Positions 47,677 to 57,225 of a stretch of 64,000 bases of DNA are shown piece after piece. Under the pieces are notes generated by a model. That model was not told the origin of the DNA. It did no database searches and worked only from the letters and a program-made list of their open reading frames with translations. The DNA comes from Anaerolineaceae bacterium (GTDB lineage: Bacteria > Chloroflexota > Anaerolineae > Anaerolineales > Anaerolineaceae): the NCBI GenBank assembly GCA_020845515.1, contig JADLFQ010000018.1, positions 5,186 to 69,185 on the forward strand, read 5' to 3'. The position numbers and the translations under genes were made by a program. Position 1 is the first letter of the stretch. Each line of letters opens with the position of its first letter.

Positions 47677-48744
47677 TTACGGGACTTGTTGGGTTTTGCT
47701 GAACATTCTTTTCTGAAAATAAAATGCGACATTGACCAAAGCAATCATTACAGGCACTTCAATCAGAGGGCCAATGACCGCCGCAAATGCCGCGCCCGAA
47801 TTAATCCCGAATACAGCAACTGCAACGGCGATAGCCAATTCAAAATTATTGCTTGCGGCGGTAAATGAAAGTGTTGTGGTTTTCGAGTAATCCGCACCGA
47901 CCGCCCGTCCCAAGAAGAATGAAACCAGAAACATGACTACAAAATAAAGCAACAAGGGAATGGCGATACGAACAACATCAAGGGGAAGTTCGACAATGAC
48001 ATCCCCTTTGAGAGAAAACATAACAACGATGGTAAAAAGTAAAGCAATGAGAGTAATCGGGCTGATTTTTGGCACAAAAGTTTTGTGATACCAGTTTTTT
48101 CCTTTTATACGGACAAGAAGCAGCCGGGTTAAAAACCCTGCAATGAACGGAATTCCCAAATAAATAAAGACGCTCTTTGCAATTTCGCGAATGGTTATAT
48201 TAACGATATTACCGGTCAATCCAAACCATGTTGGCAAAACGGTGATGAATAGATAGGCGTATACGCTGTAAAACAGGACTTGAAAAATGCTATTGAAGGC
48301 GACCAGGCCTGCCGCATATTCATTGTCGCCTTTGGCAAGCTCGTTCCATACGATAACCATGGCTATACAACGCGCAAGACCGATAAGAATTAGCCCTGTC
48401 ATATATTCGGGATAGTCACGCAAAAAGAGAATGGCAAGAATGAACATCAAAACGGGGCCAATCACCCAATTTTGCACGAGCGAAAGACTTAGAATTTTCC
48501 AGTTTCGAAAGACATCACCCAATTCTTCATAGTGTACTTTTGCTAGCGGGGGATACATCATCAGAATTAAACCTATGGCGATGGGAATGTTTGTTGTCCC
48601 CACTGAAACAAGATAATTGAATCTTGCGACTTGGTAGGTAAAGAAATAACCAATGAAAACGCCAGCCGCCATGGCAAGAAAAATCCATAAGGTCAGATAC
48701 CGGTCAAGAAAAGATAAACCTTTGCGGGATGCTTGTTTTGCCAT
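47677..48744 (-). CDS. acr3: ACR3-family arsenite efflux transporter
   Basis: [29 protein letters not shown]..., about 10 TM segments, typical of the Acr3/ArsB (BART) family. The start at 48744 follows AAGGAA. Confidence 0.8.
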   Translation of the reverse strand: MAKQASRKGLSFLDRYLTLWIFLAMAAGVFIGYFFTYQVARFNYLVSVGTTNIPIAIGLILMMYPPLAKVHYEELGDVFRNWKILSLSLVQNWVIGPVLMFILAILFLRDYPEYMTGLILIGLARCIAMVIVWNELAKGDNEYAAGLVAFNSIFQVLFYSVYAYLFITVLPTWFGLTGNIVNITIREIAKSVFIYLGIPFIAGFLTRLLLVRIKGKNWYHKTFVPKISPITLIALLFTIVVMFSLKGDVIVELPLDVVRIAIPLLLYFVVMFLVSFFLGRAVGADYSKTTTLSFTAASNNFELAIAVAVAVFGINSGAAFAAVIGPLIEVPVMIALVNVAFYFQKRMFSKTQQVP

Positions 48745-48962
48745 TCTGTTGTTCCTTTTGATAAATTGTAACTGCCAGGCCACTGACATAAAGGGCAGGC
48801 GGAACAAAAGGTGAACCCAGCCAGGCAAGACACAATGCTTCGAGCGCGCTTGCACCGTTCTTCCTTGCCGGCGATATAAACCCGAAGCGTGGAAAGCGCC
48901 TGAAAATGCCGTGTGCTGGCGCCTGTTTGCTTCGCGAAATTCCGCGCGGATGGATTCTCAAA

Positions 48963-49027
48963 AGTGCCTTCGCCGCGTTCACAACACCCCAGACGGCTCC
49001 CAAGCTCCGCCGCGCGGCGAAGGCACT
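48963..49027. repeat. 15-bp perfect inverted repeat with a 35-nt spacer
   Basis: AGTGCCTTCGCCGCG (48963-48977) pairs with CGCGGCGAAGGCACT (49013-49027). On the minus strand it is followed by TTTTGAG. Confidence 0.85.
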
Positions 49028-49099
49028 GATCTTCCTGCCGAGTTTGGCCAAACCTGCGCGGCCAATTGCCGCGATCAGGCTTTCAGTCGGGGAGTGAAA

Positions 49100-49981
49100 T
49101 TAATCGCGCAATGCCCTGATTTGCGAAAGGTGCGTACTTTCATGTGCGGCGAAGTAACTGACCTGCTGGCGGAGGGTTATCGTGCCGAATTCCTCATGTT
49201 TGCCTGTGCGCCACCAATCGGAGAGGGGGAGTGATTCCAGTTTGCGGAGGGTTTCCGCGCGCGAGGTGCGATAGGCCTCGAAGATGTCGTGCACTGAGGG
49301 CGGACGTTCTGTTTCGTTTTTCGCCCATGCAAAGACGGCTTTCGATTCGAGGACAGGATGCAGTTCTTTGAGGAACAAGTTGACGCGAAAATCGAGCACG
49401 CCTTGTGCGTCACGCAGATGACCCAGGGTGTTGCGTATTGCCCAACCGCCATCAGGTGGAATTCGATTCAGCGTTTCGTCGGACAACCCTTCGATGAGTT
49501 TTTCCACTACAAACGGAGTCTGGCGCAGACATTCCAACGCGGCGGGTGGTTCAAGCGCGTCGAACCAATAGTTGGGCATAAAAATTTGGAAGGTCTCCGC
49601 CCACGCGCCGCAGGCAGGACATGGCCCGGTGGGCGGGGTGAGAGTCAAATGTCCGCATATGCGGCAAACATAGGGGTGAGGCGCTGTGGTGATGAGAGGC
49701 AGTCCCCCCTGTGCGAAAGTATCCACACTCTGTTTCATGGCGGATAGCAATTCTGCGCTCACATCCAGGTGAGACAATGTCTCAATCGTTTGCCGGATAT
49801 CGGCGGTTAATTTGTCTTTGTCGGCAGGGATTTCGATGGGATAAGCAGATTGGCGGCATAACGAATCCGCTGCGGCGCGCGTTAGCTTGGCAAGATTATA
49901 TTGCCCTTCTCCTTCCAATCTTGTAGCCAGAGCGAAAAGATGTACAAGCGTGTCTTTCCAATTAGAATTATTTGCAGCCAT
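49100..49981 (-). CDS. fusion of an N-terminal helical domain and rubredoxin-like zinc ribbon with a C-terminal DinB-family domain
   Basis: CRICGH...CPACG zinc ribbon, and C-terminal ...IRNTLGHLRD...YFAAHESTHLSQI, a DinB-like His triad pattern. Confidence 0.6.
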   Translation of the reverse strand: MAANNSNWKDTLVHLFALATRLEGEGQYNLAKLTRAAADSLCRQSAYPIEIPADKDKLTADIRQTIETLSHLDVSAELLSAMKQSVDTFAQGGLPLITTAPHPYVCRICGHLTLTPPTGPCPACGAWAETFQIFMPNYWFDALEPPAALECLRQTPFVVEKLIEGLSDETLNRIPPDGGWAIRNTLGHLRDAQGVLDFRVNLFLKELHPVLESKAVFAWAKNETERPPSVHDIFEAYRTSRAETLRKLESLPLSDWWRTGKHEEFGTITLRQQVSYFAAHESTHLSQIRALRD

Positions 49982-50009
49982 ATCATTTTCTCCTGAAGAC
50001 TCTTGTAAT

Positions 50010-50077
50010 ATCCAATTGCAGGGGGCGGTTACGGGCTGGTATCAACCGGGCTGCCCGCAGGATGGCACCGGCTGGAT
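50010..50077 (-). repeat. attC-like site (weaker)
   Basis: The minus strand reads ATCCAGC-CGGTG-CCATCCTGCGGGCAGCCCGG...CCCGTAACC...TGCA-ATTGGAT. The terminal boxes are complementary (ATCCA/TGGAT) and there is an internal bulged stem CCGGTGCC/GGCAGCCCGG. It is 68 nt, like 56414-56481. Confidence 0.4.
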
Positions 50078-50084
50078 TGCATTG

Positions 50085-50657
50085 TCAGGCGGCTTTATTA
50101 TAATTTCCTTTGTGGATTTCATAGCGCAACTCGACCATGCCTGTTCCCATTTGATGAACAGATGTTAAGCGCAGGGAAGGGCTCAGCACTCTGCGAGGAA
50201 ACAGCGGTTTGCCTTTGCCAAGGGTGGCTGAACCAACCTGGACGATCAGTTCGTCCAATAATCCGGCATCGTAAAACTGGCCCGCGAGATCACCTCCGCC
50301 AACAACCCAGATGTTTCTGTCTCCGGCAGCAGCCCGCATTTCAGCATGGACATGACGCACATCTCCATTGGCGAATCGGATGTTTGCGCCTTCGATGATT
50401 GGAAGTTTGCGACTGGAGAATATCCAGGCTGGTTGAGTGTATGGCCAGGGTGAGCCAGTCTCGGCCACAACTTTTTCTGCGTTTCGCATCAACCATTCGT
50501 AGGTCGCTGATCCCATAGCCAGGGCGCCAACTTCTGATATGAATGCCGGATAGCTGGAATCACCCAGATCGCCAAGGGAGAAAAGCCATTCCAGCGAGTC
50601 GTCTTCAGTCGCGATAAATCCATCAAGGCTTGCAGCTGTGTAGTACTGAGTTTTCAT
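50085..50657 (-). CDS. dihydrofolate reductase-family protein (RibD C-terminal domain)
   Basis: MKTQYYTAASLDGFIA...VVGGGDLAGQF...DELIVQV pattern. Confidence 0.75.
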   Translation of the reverse strand: MKTQYYTAASLDGFIATEDDSLEWLFSLGDLGDSSYPAFISEVGALAMGSATYEWLMRNAEKVVAETGSPWPYTQPAWIFSSRKLPIIEGANIRFANGDVRHVHAEMRAAAGDRNIWVVGGGDLAGQFYDAGLLDELIVQVGSATLGKGKPLFPRRVLSPSLRLTSVHQMGTGMVELRYEIHKGNYNKAA

Positions 50658-50684
50658 AAATTGACCCTGACGCTCCATCGTGCC

Positions 50685-50781
50685 GCCCAACGGCTGATGT
50701 TAGCAACGGCGTAGGCGGGGGTGAAAAAATGTTTGGGAATGCTGCACGCGCCCTGCCTGTCAGATGCGTGTTTTGTCAGCC
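50685..50781 (-). repeat. attC-type recombination site
   Basis: The minus strand reads GGCTGAC-AAAAC-ACGCATC-TGACAGG...-TGCTAAC-ATCAGCC-GTTGGGC. It overlaps the last codons of ORF 50760..51086. Confidence 0.6.
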
Positions 50782-51086
50782 TGTTTTTGTTTGGGCATAA
50801 TCTTTTTTGATTTCGTGACGTCTGTTGGATAAGGTTCTTTTTGTTCAAACAAACGTAACTGCACAGGCAACCCGGAGTATTCAATTATACTATCTGGTAT
50901 TGGCAGCCTTTCAAGAGCACGTGGTTCTACTTTTACAGCACCATCACCATAAGATTTTCCAATTAAGGAAAGATTTGAAATTGTATCCGGGTGATTAAGG
51001 ATTTTCCAAAGACGTTCCATAAATTCTTTATCTTCACTCTTAGGGTAGACGCATAAGAAACCTGTAAGAGGTCTTATCTGATTCAC
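50760..51086 (-). CDS. small protein resembling the C-terminal end of N6-adenine DNA methyltransferase/type IIG enzymes
   Basis: The GTG start follows AAGGAGGAG. The motif SYGDGAVKVEPRALERLPIP resembles the ...GGG.LK.EP.ELE.LPIP tail of Eco57I/PglX-like methylases (from memory). Only 108 aa. Confidence 0.45.
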   Translation of the reverse strand: MNQIRPLTGFLCVYPKSEDKEFMERLWKILNHPDTISNLSLIGKSYGDGAVKVEPRALERLPIPDSIIEYSGLPVQLRLFEQKEPYPTDVTKSKKIMPKQKQADKTRI

Positions 51087-51174
51087 GCTCCTCCTTATCA
51101 GGGATTGGCAGTTCTGCTGACCCCTGTTTATATGTAAAATGGATACAGAAATAAATTACTGCGAGGGAATTGTG

Positions 51175-51870
51175 ATGCCTGCTGCCAAGATACTCATTAT
51201 TGATGATGAATCTTCGATTCATACCGTTCTGAGCGCCTATTTGAAGGCGGAAGGGTATGAATTCAAATCCGCTTATGATGGGATAACCGGGTTGGCTGCG
51301 GCCCGCTCTTTCAAACCGGATATCATTGTGCTGGACGTTATGCTACCCGGCATGGATGGAATTGAGCTGCTGGCTAATCTGAGGCGGGATTCGAACGTTT
51401 ATGTGATCATGCTTACTGCCCGGTCGGAAGAAACCGATAAGATTGTGGGGCTTTCGGTCGGTGCGGATGACTATCTGACCAAACCCTTCAGCCCGCGCGA
51501 ATTGGTTGCCCGCATCAAGGCAGCTCTCAGGCGCTTGCAGAACCCAACCGGGAATACTGGAGAGAATACGGTTCTTAATTTCGTGCATCTTCGCATTGAT
51601 ATTGCCGCCAGGCGGGTCTGGGTGGACGAAAATTTGATTGATTTGACCCCCGTTGAATTTGATTTGCTGGTGGTCCTCGCCCAGCATCAGAGTATGGTTC
51701 TCAGCCGCGAACAATTGTTGGAGAAGATATGGGGATACGATTATTTTGGCGATACTCGTGTGGTGGACGTCCATATCGGGCATATTCGCCAAAAACTAGG
51801 GAGTGAATGCATGATTGAAACGATTCGCGGGGTTGGTTACCGTTTTGAGGATAAGCAGGTGATGCCATGA
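51175..51870 (+). CDS. OmpR-family response regulator
   Basis: KILIIDDE...DIIVLDVMLPGMDG...KPF for the receiver, and a winged-helix C-terminus ...IETIRGVGYRF. Confidence 0.85.
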   Translation: MPAAKILIIDDESSIHTVLSAYLKAEGYEFKSAYDGITGLAAARSFKPDIIVLDVMLPGMDGIELLANLRRDSNVYVIMLTARSEETDKIVGLSVGADDYLTKPFSPRELVARIKAALRRLQNPTGNTGENTVLNFVHLRIDIAARRVWVDENLIDLTPVEFDLLVVLAQHQSMVLSREQLLEKIWGYDYFGDTRVVDVHIGHIRQKLGSECMIETIRGVGYRFEDKQVMP

Positions 51871-53012
51871 TGAAGTTTATACGTACGCATCTTGCCTGGA
51901 AGGTATTCCTTTCATATATTCTTGTCGTGCTAGTCAGTGCAGTGATTCTTATGTCCGCAGCAAGCATATCCGTCCCTGCGGCCTTTGAACGACACATGGC
52001 CAGCATGAATGCGATAATGACCAACGCAGACATGATGGGTAACAATCAGCAAATGCAATCGGAATTATTTTCGCAATATACGACGGCAGTGTATGAAGCA
52101 GTTACTTATGCAGCGCTTGCGGCTTTGATTGCAGCAATCCTGGCAAGTTTCTTCATCAGCCGCCAAGTTGTTACCCCTATGCTACGCATGATGAGCCTTA
52201 GCCACCGCATAGCGGAAGGTGAGTATGAAGAAAGGTTATCTGTGCCTGGTGGTCAACCAGCGAATCAGATTTATGAACTGGGTCAACTCGCGCTCAGTTT
52301 CAACCAGATGGCGGATAAATTGGAAAAGACAGAAACCATGCGCCGTGAACTGATTGGTGATGTTACCCACGAATTACGGGCGCCGCTCACCGCGGTCAAA
52401 GGATATCTTGAGGGGTTAATGGATGGGGTTTTACCTGCCGATCCGGAAATCTACCAGCAAATTCACGCTGAAATTGACCGGCTACAGCGGTTGGTAAATG
52501 ATTTACAAGAACTGAGCCGGGTGGAAGCCGGAGCGATTCAACTGCATCTGTCCCTTGTCTCCCCTGCAAGCCTGATCGAGAGAATTCAAAGTACTCTTGG
52601 ACGCCAATTTGAGGACAAGAACATCATTCTAGAGATAGGAGTAGAGCCAAACCTTTCCGATATCGTTGTGGATAGAGACCGGATTATCCAGGTGTTGACA
52701 AACCTGGCCGGTAATGCGCTTCGATATACACCCGGGGGAGGAAAGGTTACCCTTCAGGTTCGCCGTGAAAGGTCAGGTATGCTTTTCACTGTGAAAGATA
52801 ATGGAATAGGTATCTCCGTAGAGCAACTTCAATATGTTTTCAACCGTTTTTACCGCACTGACAAATCGCGCACAAGGGCGAGCGGTGGCGGCGGTATTGG
52901 TCTGACTATCGCCAAAGCACTCGTACAGGCTCATCAGGGGAAGATTTGGGCCGAGAGTGATGGAGAAGGGAAAGGCAGTACTTTTTCTTTCCTGATCCCT
53001 TTCCCCAAATAA
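51867..53012 (+). CDS. sensor histidine kinase (TM-HAMP-HisKA-HATPase_c)
   Basis: H-box IGDVTHELRAPLT, N box LAGNALRYT, G boxes DNGIGI and GGIGLTI. ATGA overlap with the regulator gene. Confidence 0.85.
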   Translation: MMKFIRTHLAWKVFLSYILVVLVSAVILMSAASISVPAAFERHMASMNAIMTNADMMGNNQQMQSELFSQYTTAVYEAVTYAALAALIAAILASFFISRQVVTPMLRMMSLSHRIAEGEYEERLSVPGGQPANQIYELGQLALSFNQMADKLEKTETMRRELIGDVTHELRAPLTAVKGYLEGLMDGVLPADPEIYQQIHAEIDRLQRLVNDLQELSRVEAGAIQLHLSLVSPASLIERIQSTLGRQFEDKNIILEIGVEPNLSDIVVDRDRIIQVLTNLAGNALRYTPGGGKVTLQVRRERSGMLFTVKDNGIGISVEQLQYVFNRFYRTDKSRTRASGGGGIGLTIAKALVQAHQGKIWAESDGEGKGSTFSFLIPFPK

Positions 53013-53145
53013 GGGGGGTTACTTCCCGGATTTCTTTAACGAAACTTTACAAACTCTTTAATGATGCTTCATCCTCCTGGTGTAAGATAGGCCTGCAAGT
53101 AAAAAAGACAGCTCTTGATTGGGCTCAATGAAAGGATGAAACATT

Positions 53146-53400
53146 ATGATGATGTGTCATTGGTACGGTGGTCTTGGCTGGATTGGGATGGTCATTAATC
53201 TGATACTTTCGGTTTCATTGATCATCGGCGTGGTTTTTTTGGTTATCTGGATTGTGAAGCGGTTGAGCAATAACGATGCTGCGCGAATATTTAATAATGC
53301 TGCACCGTCAGCAGTTGAAATTGCCAAGGTGCGTTACGTGAAAGGTGAGATCACCCGCGAAGAGTTTCAGAAGCTTGTTACAGATTTGGGAACAAGGTAG
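53146..53400 (+). CDS. SHOCT-domain membrane protein
   Basis: One or two TM segments, then AKVRYVKGEITREEFQKLVTDLG. Confidence 0.65.
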   Translation: MMMCHWYGGLGWIGMVINLILSVSLIIGVVFLVIWIVKRLSNNDAARIFNNAAPSAVEIAKVRYVKGEITREEFQKLVTDLGTR

Positions 53401-53407
53401 GTGAGAA

Positions 53408-53617
53408 ATGATGGGATTTGGAATGATGGGCGGCATGCTGGTCTTTTGGGTTATTGTTATTGTACTGGCAGTTTTGCTGGTGAAAGGGTTGTTCAACTCA
53501 GACGGCACGCGTTCAGAAGGCAATGCAAATACCGCAAAGCAGATCCTGGACGAAAGATATGCCAGAGGCGAGATCACCCAGGAACAATATCAGACAATGG
53601 CGAAAGATATTCGCTAA
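53408..53617 (+). CDS. SHOCT-domain membrane protein
   Basis: TM segment, then LDERYARGEITQEQYQTMAKDI. Confidence 0.65.
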   Translation: MMGFGMMGGMLVFWVIVIVLAVLLVKGLFNSDGTRSEGNANTAKQILDERYARGEITQEQYQTMAKDIR

Positions 53618-53632
53618 ATGGCTCAATTTTTG

Positions 53633-53670
53633 GAGAGCAAGGCAGTCTTACTGGATTTGCTCTCTCTTTT
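53633..53670 (+). terminator. intrinsic terminator candidate
   Basis: GAGAGCAA-16 nt-TTGCTCTC followed by TCTTTT. A related sequence (CAATTTTGGGAGAGCAAAGCC) recurs after the next gene at 54286-54306. Confidence 0.5.
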
Positions 53671-53709
53671 CGATCAAACATTAACTTTACATGCAAAGGA
53701 ACCAACTAA

Positions 53710-54279
53710 ATGAAAAAACCTTCAGGCTTGATACTCACGGCGCTGGTCATAGTTGTTGTGATTGCAGTTGCTGTTTTTCTGGTAAAAAAACCCGTTAGTC
53801 AATCGGATACCGCCTTCCTTGAAAAATATGGTTTGAGCGGACTTTCTGTAGAGGAAATGGTGCAAAAGCTTGATAGCAGTGTGTCGGACCCTTCAGCGCT
53901 CCGGGCAGGCATCACCAGCGATTATCTGATCCTCTCAGATGGTTCAAGCGAGGTCAGGGTAGCGCTGCCCAAGGATAAGTTTTACCTCTCCTTCGCACCT
54001 TATATCTCCCAAACTCATCCCTGCGGAACCCATAACCTGACCTCCTGTCAGGGTGAACTGGTCAACACGGAAATTCATACAGTCATTACCGACAAGGAAG
54101 GGAAAGAGATTGTGAATTCCAACCTGACCACCATGGCGAACGGCTTTGCAGGTGTGTGGCTGCCCCGAAATATTGATGGTACTGTGAGCGTCAGTTACAA
54201 TGGGAAAGCTGCACAGGCGCCAATTTCAACCTATGCTGGAAGCAATACCTGCCTGACGACTGCACTTCAACTTAACTGA
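53710..54279 (+). CDS. CueP-like periplasmic metal-binding protein
   Basis: Signal/TM segment, then FYLSFAPYISQTHPCGTHNLTSCQGEL, a Cys/His cluster. The family assignment is from memory of the CueP motif. Confidence 0.5.
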   Translation: MKKPSGLILTALVIVVVIAVAVFLVKKPVSQSDTAFLEKYGLSGLSVEEMVQKLDSSVSDPSALRAGITSDYLILSDGSSEVRVALPKDKFYLSFAPYISQTHPCGTHNLTSCQGELVNTEIHTVITDKEGKEIVNSNLTTMANGFAGVWLPRNIDGTVSVSYNGKAAQAPISTYAGSNTCLTTALQLN

Positions 54280-54333
54280 TGATCCAATTTTGGGAGAGCA
54301 AAGCCAATATACAGGTTTTGATCTCCCTTCCTA

Positions 54334-54678
54334 TTGTGGCATTTTTGGCTGGAAACGATGATGGCTGGAAAGATGCTGGCCTGCCTGGAGCGCAGTTTTC
54401 AGAGGGGCGAAGGAACTGCAATCAAGGGGCGTGATTTCTATGATTTGCTGTGGTTCATGCAGCAGAAAATCAGACCACTGGAGGAAAAGCTGGCCAAAGA
54501 TGGCCACCAGCCTTATACGGTTCAATCCGCGATGGAATTGCTGGGGGAAAAGATTTCTGAAATGAGGCTCTCTGACATGGCGGAGGATTTGCTGCCTTTG
54601 TTCGAACAGCGGTCTTTCATCGAAGCCTGGCTGGAAGGGTTTAAGGAGAATTTTTTGGAATACGCAAAGAATTACTAA
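54334..54678 (+). pseudogene. C-terminal fragment of an AbiEii/AbiGii-family nucleotidyltransferase toxin
   Basis: ...AGKMLACLERSFQRGEGTAIKGRDFYDLLWF... matches the conserved KxRDxYDL region. The N-terminal catalytic part is absent. Confidence 0.45.
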
Positions 54679-54868
54679 ATAAGAGGGTGATTACCTGGCA
54701 TCCCCGTTATTCCGCCCAATCTTTGGCAATGACTTCCGCCGTGATGGTTCTACTGGTCACACCGAGCGATGTGTACCAAGGGATGGCTCTGCAGCGGATC
54801 CAATCAAAGAAGTTCATCGCGCGCCTATCCTGCCAAAGCTCAATGCGCCCACCACTCAGCTCTCCGCC

Positions 54869-55018
54869 GTCCAATGGTTTGCGTCAGTGGCGGACGGGAG
54901 GCGGGGGTGGACTGCGAAGCGTGCCTGGGAGCAGAAAATGCCTGGGCGCAGAAAAAGCCCGAAAATGGCGCACGCTGAAGGCGGCAGTCCCACCCGTCAG
55001 GTGCATGCTTTGTTAGAC
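54869..55018 (-). repeat. attC-type recombination site (long form)
   Basis: The minus strand reads GTCTAAC-AAAGC-ATGCACC-TGACGGGTGGGACTGC...GCAGTCCACCC...CACTGAC-GCAAACC-ATTGGAC, with central inverted repeats. Confidence 0.6.
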
Positions 55019-55081
55019 GGCTTTTCGGCTCTCGCCAGCATCACGGCTGCTCCTTCACTTGTCCGTAGAATTCATCCTTGA

Positions 55082-55486
55082 TTATCCTATCATGAAATCA
55101 TATCCATTGAGGACTTGGTACCAAATGACCACAAAAGAGAAGGCGATGAGCATGTGCAGCACGATAAGCACCCACTGCTTGGAACGCTTTGCGAATAAAA
55201 TGTATATGAGCAGAAAAAGCATGGTTGGGTAAATCAGAACAAGAATGAGAGCTGCCAGATCTGACACCTTACCTTGCAGAATAAGGCTGGCAAATCCTCC
55301 CAGGATCGCAAACGGCCATCCAACCGCCCCCATGCCTTGCCAGAGGAGCACTTCCATCAACTCGCGAAATGTGTAGATGTGAAAGGGAGGGATAGCGAGT
55401 GGCAAAATAGTCCAGGAAAGCAGGAAATTGACGATCAGTCCTATTATTATGGATTTTGTTTTTGAATATAGTGTAGCCTTGATCAT
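55082..55486 (-). CDS. small integral membrane protein (about 4 TM)
   Basis: 134-aa hydrophobic ORF. Confidence 0.55.
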   Translation of the reverse strand: MIKATLYSKTKSIIIGLIVNFLLSWTILPLAIPPFHIYTFRELMEVLLWQGMGAVGWPFAILGGFASLILQGKVSDLAALILVLIYPTMLFLLIYILFAKRSKQWVLIVLHMLIAFSFVVIWYQVLNGYDFMIG

Positions 55487-55510
55487 ACTGCACCGTGTAA
55501 ATACCTGCCG

Positions 55511-55762
55511 CTATTTTCTTCTTTTTGCTTGATTTGAACGGATGGAAAGCCGCCCTCGAATGGCACTGCTTAAGAGTGATACACCGCCGGACGTGATTAT
55601 GAGAAAAAGGAAGGCGGAAAATAATCTCAACCACTCTCCTTGAAATGCAAAACTGAACTCTCTCACCGAGAAAAACAATCCGGCTACAACGACAAGGATT
55701 CCTAAAGTGCCGATCAAAAATCGAAAGATTGGTCCGATGGAAATCTCATGTGTCTTGAACAT
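55511..55762 (-). CDS. small integral membrane protein (2 TM)
   Basis: 83-aa ORF with two hydrophobic helices and a basic tail. Confidence 0.5.
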   Translation of the reverse strand: MFKTHEISIGPIFRFLIGTLGILVVVAGLFFSVREFSFAFQGEWLRLFSAFLFLIITSGGVSLLSSAIRGRLSIRSNQAKRRK

Positions 55763-55812
55763 AGTATTCAGTCAGCCGTCTGGCTATCAATCAGGCAGCC
55801 TGATGACGCTTC

Positions 55813-56379
55813 TTATGACGTGACGGGAACACATCTTAGGAGCACGGTGCCGGAGGAGAAGGTGCGGGTTTCAACCGGCATGAGCGGGATCTGCCGTTGA
55901 ATCTGTGAAAAGACTGACTTGCCAGAACCCAGAAGGACTGGGACATAATAGAAGCGGTATTCGTCGATCAGGCCGGCGGATGCCAAGGTCGAGGCAAGGG
56001 CGAGACCGCCGACGCCAATGGTGCTGCCTGGCTGGGCCTTCAGCCTGGCAACTTCGGCGACAGGATCGCTTCTCACGAGCCGCGAGTTCCATTGAACGCC
56101 ATCGAGGGTCGAGGAGAAAACAACTTTGAGAACCGGCTTCCAGAGCCGGGCGTATTCCACAATGAAGCTGGGCGCCGAAGGATCCTGGTCGGCCGTGGGC
56201 CAATAGCCGACCATGATTTCGTACATGCGGCGGCCGTACAGGAGGGTATCAACCTCCCGTTCAACGTCGTTGAAATGTCTATGAAGGTTCTCGTCGGGAA
56301 TGACCCAACTTGGGTCTCCGGTTGCAGCTTCGATGTAGCCATCGAGCGAGAGCGAGGTCGAGTAGACGAGTTTGCGCAC
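55813..56379 (-). CDS. dihydrofolate reductase-family protein (RibD C-terminal domain)
   Basis: The GTG start at 56379 follows CCAGGAGGACCAA. VRKLVYSTSLSLDGYI...GVGGLALAS...IDEYRFYYVP. Confidence 0.75.
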   Translation of the reverse strand: MRKLVYSTSLSLDGYIEAATGDPSWVIPDENLHRHFNDVEREVDTLLYGRRMYEIMVGYWPTADQDPSAPSFIVEYARLWKPVLKVVFSSTLDGVQWNSRLVRSDPVAEVARLKAQPGSTIGVGGLALASTLASAGLIDEYRFYYVPVLLGSGKSVFSQIQRQIPLMPVETRTFSSGTVLLRCVPVTS

Positions 56380-56413
56380 TTGGTCCTCCTGGAACGGCAA
56401 GATCCTTCAGGCT

Positions 56414-56481
56414 GCCCAACGGTGTGTGTTAGCGACGGACGGGGCGGCGGTTCCATACGTCAGGTGAACGCTTTGTTGGCT
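56414..56481 (-). repeat. attC-type recombination site
   Basis: The minus strand reads AGCCAAC-AAAGC-GTTCACC-TGACG...CGT-CGCTAAC-ACACACC-GTTGGGC. It is 68 nt and lies between two minus-strand ORFs. Confidence 0.65.
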
Positions 56482-56508
56482 GCGTTCTGATAATGAAACC
56501 TGCTCTCC

Positions 56509-57225
56509 CTAACGCCGCGCACGCAAGAGAAAATCCAGAAAATCATACGCGGTCTGCTCTCCGGCTATGTACCCTTCAATAGCCACTCCAACGAACCCCT
56601 GCCCCCAACCAGCATCCGTTACCTCCTGTACAAGCTGACCATTTATCAACAAGCTGAATTGCGCCTCCCGCCCGATGACTTCCAATTGATTGACCCCATA
56701 CGGTCGGATGGTGTCGCTGCGTGTCCATTCTACTATATTCCGCCAGCTACCTGTTTCTATGACCGAGACAGCATATTGCTGGCTATCCGTCATCCGAAAA
56801 TAATAGTAATTACGATTGTCTTGTACGCGGTAGAGCACCCCCCAACTACTGCCACCTTTACTCCCTGCGATATGTTTACAACTCACCCGCAGATGAAAAT
56901 CATCCACCGCATACCCCGTCAGCCAGGCTGTGGATATACTGGTCACGTGACTGACTTCCGCTTCCCAGCGATAACGGCCATCTGCTATCGTTTGGCTAAA
57001 CCGTGCAAAATGCTCACTGGGCTGGTTTCTCACCAACCAGTTATTCTCATTTGTAACAAATCGGTCAAACAAAAGTGTCGCCCATAGCGCCGCATCAGGA
57101 CTTTGCCGCAAGGCTTCCGGCACCACCACGGATGTGTGACAATACGGACAGTTGATAAGCGCCTTACTCCCACTAGACATCAGAGGTGCGCCACACGTTG
57201 GACATTGAAAAGAATGAGCTGTCAT
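56509..57225 (-). CDS. zinc-ribbon protein with a C-terminal beta-sandwich-like domain
   Basis: Start at MTAHSFQCPTCGAPL...CPYCH (57225). The C-terminal region is loosely similar in style to ORF 27140..28006. Confidence 0.55.
   Translation of the reverse strand: MTAHSFQCPTCGAPLMSSGSKALINCPYCHTSVVVPEALRQSPDAALWATLLFDRFVTNENNWLVRNQPSEHFARFSQTIADGRYRWEAEVSHVTSISTAWLTGYAVDDFHLRVSCKHIAGSKGGSSWGVLYRVQDNRNYYYFRMTDSQQYAVSVIETGSWRNIVEWTRSDTIRPYGVNQLEVIGREAQFSLLINGQLVQEVTDAGWGQGFVGVAIEGYIAGEQTAYDFLDFLLRARR

Noticed and set aside
54687-55016. 109-aa plus-strand ORF, and a 57-codon minus-strand ORF at about 54698-54871 that starts at a TTG inside the attC R' box
   Set aside because: The plus-strand ORF lies across the attC palindromes and has G/R/A-rich composition. 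The short minus-strand ORF has no RBS and no recognisable motif. Neither is supportable as a gene.
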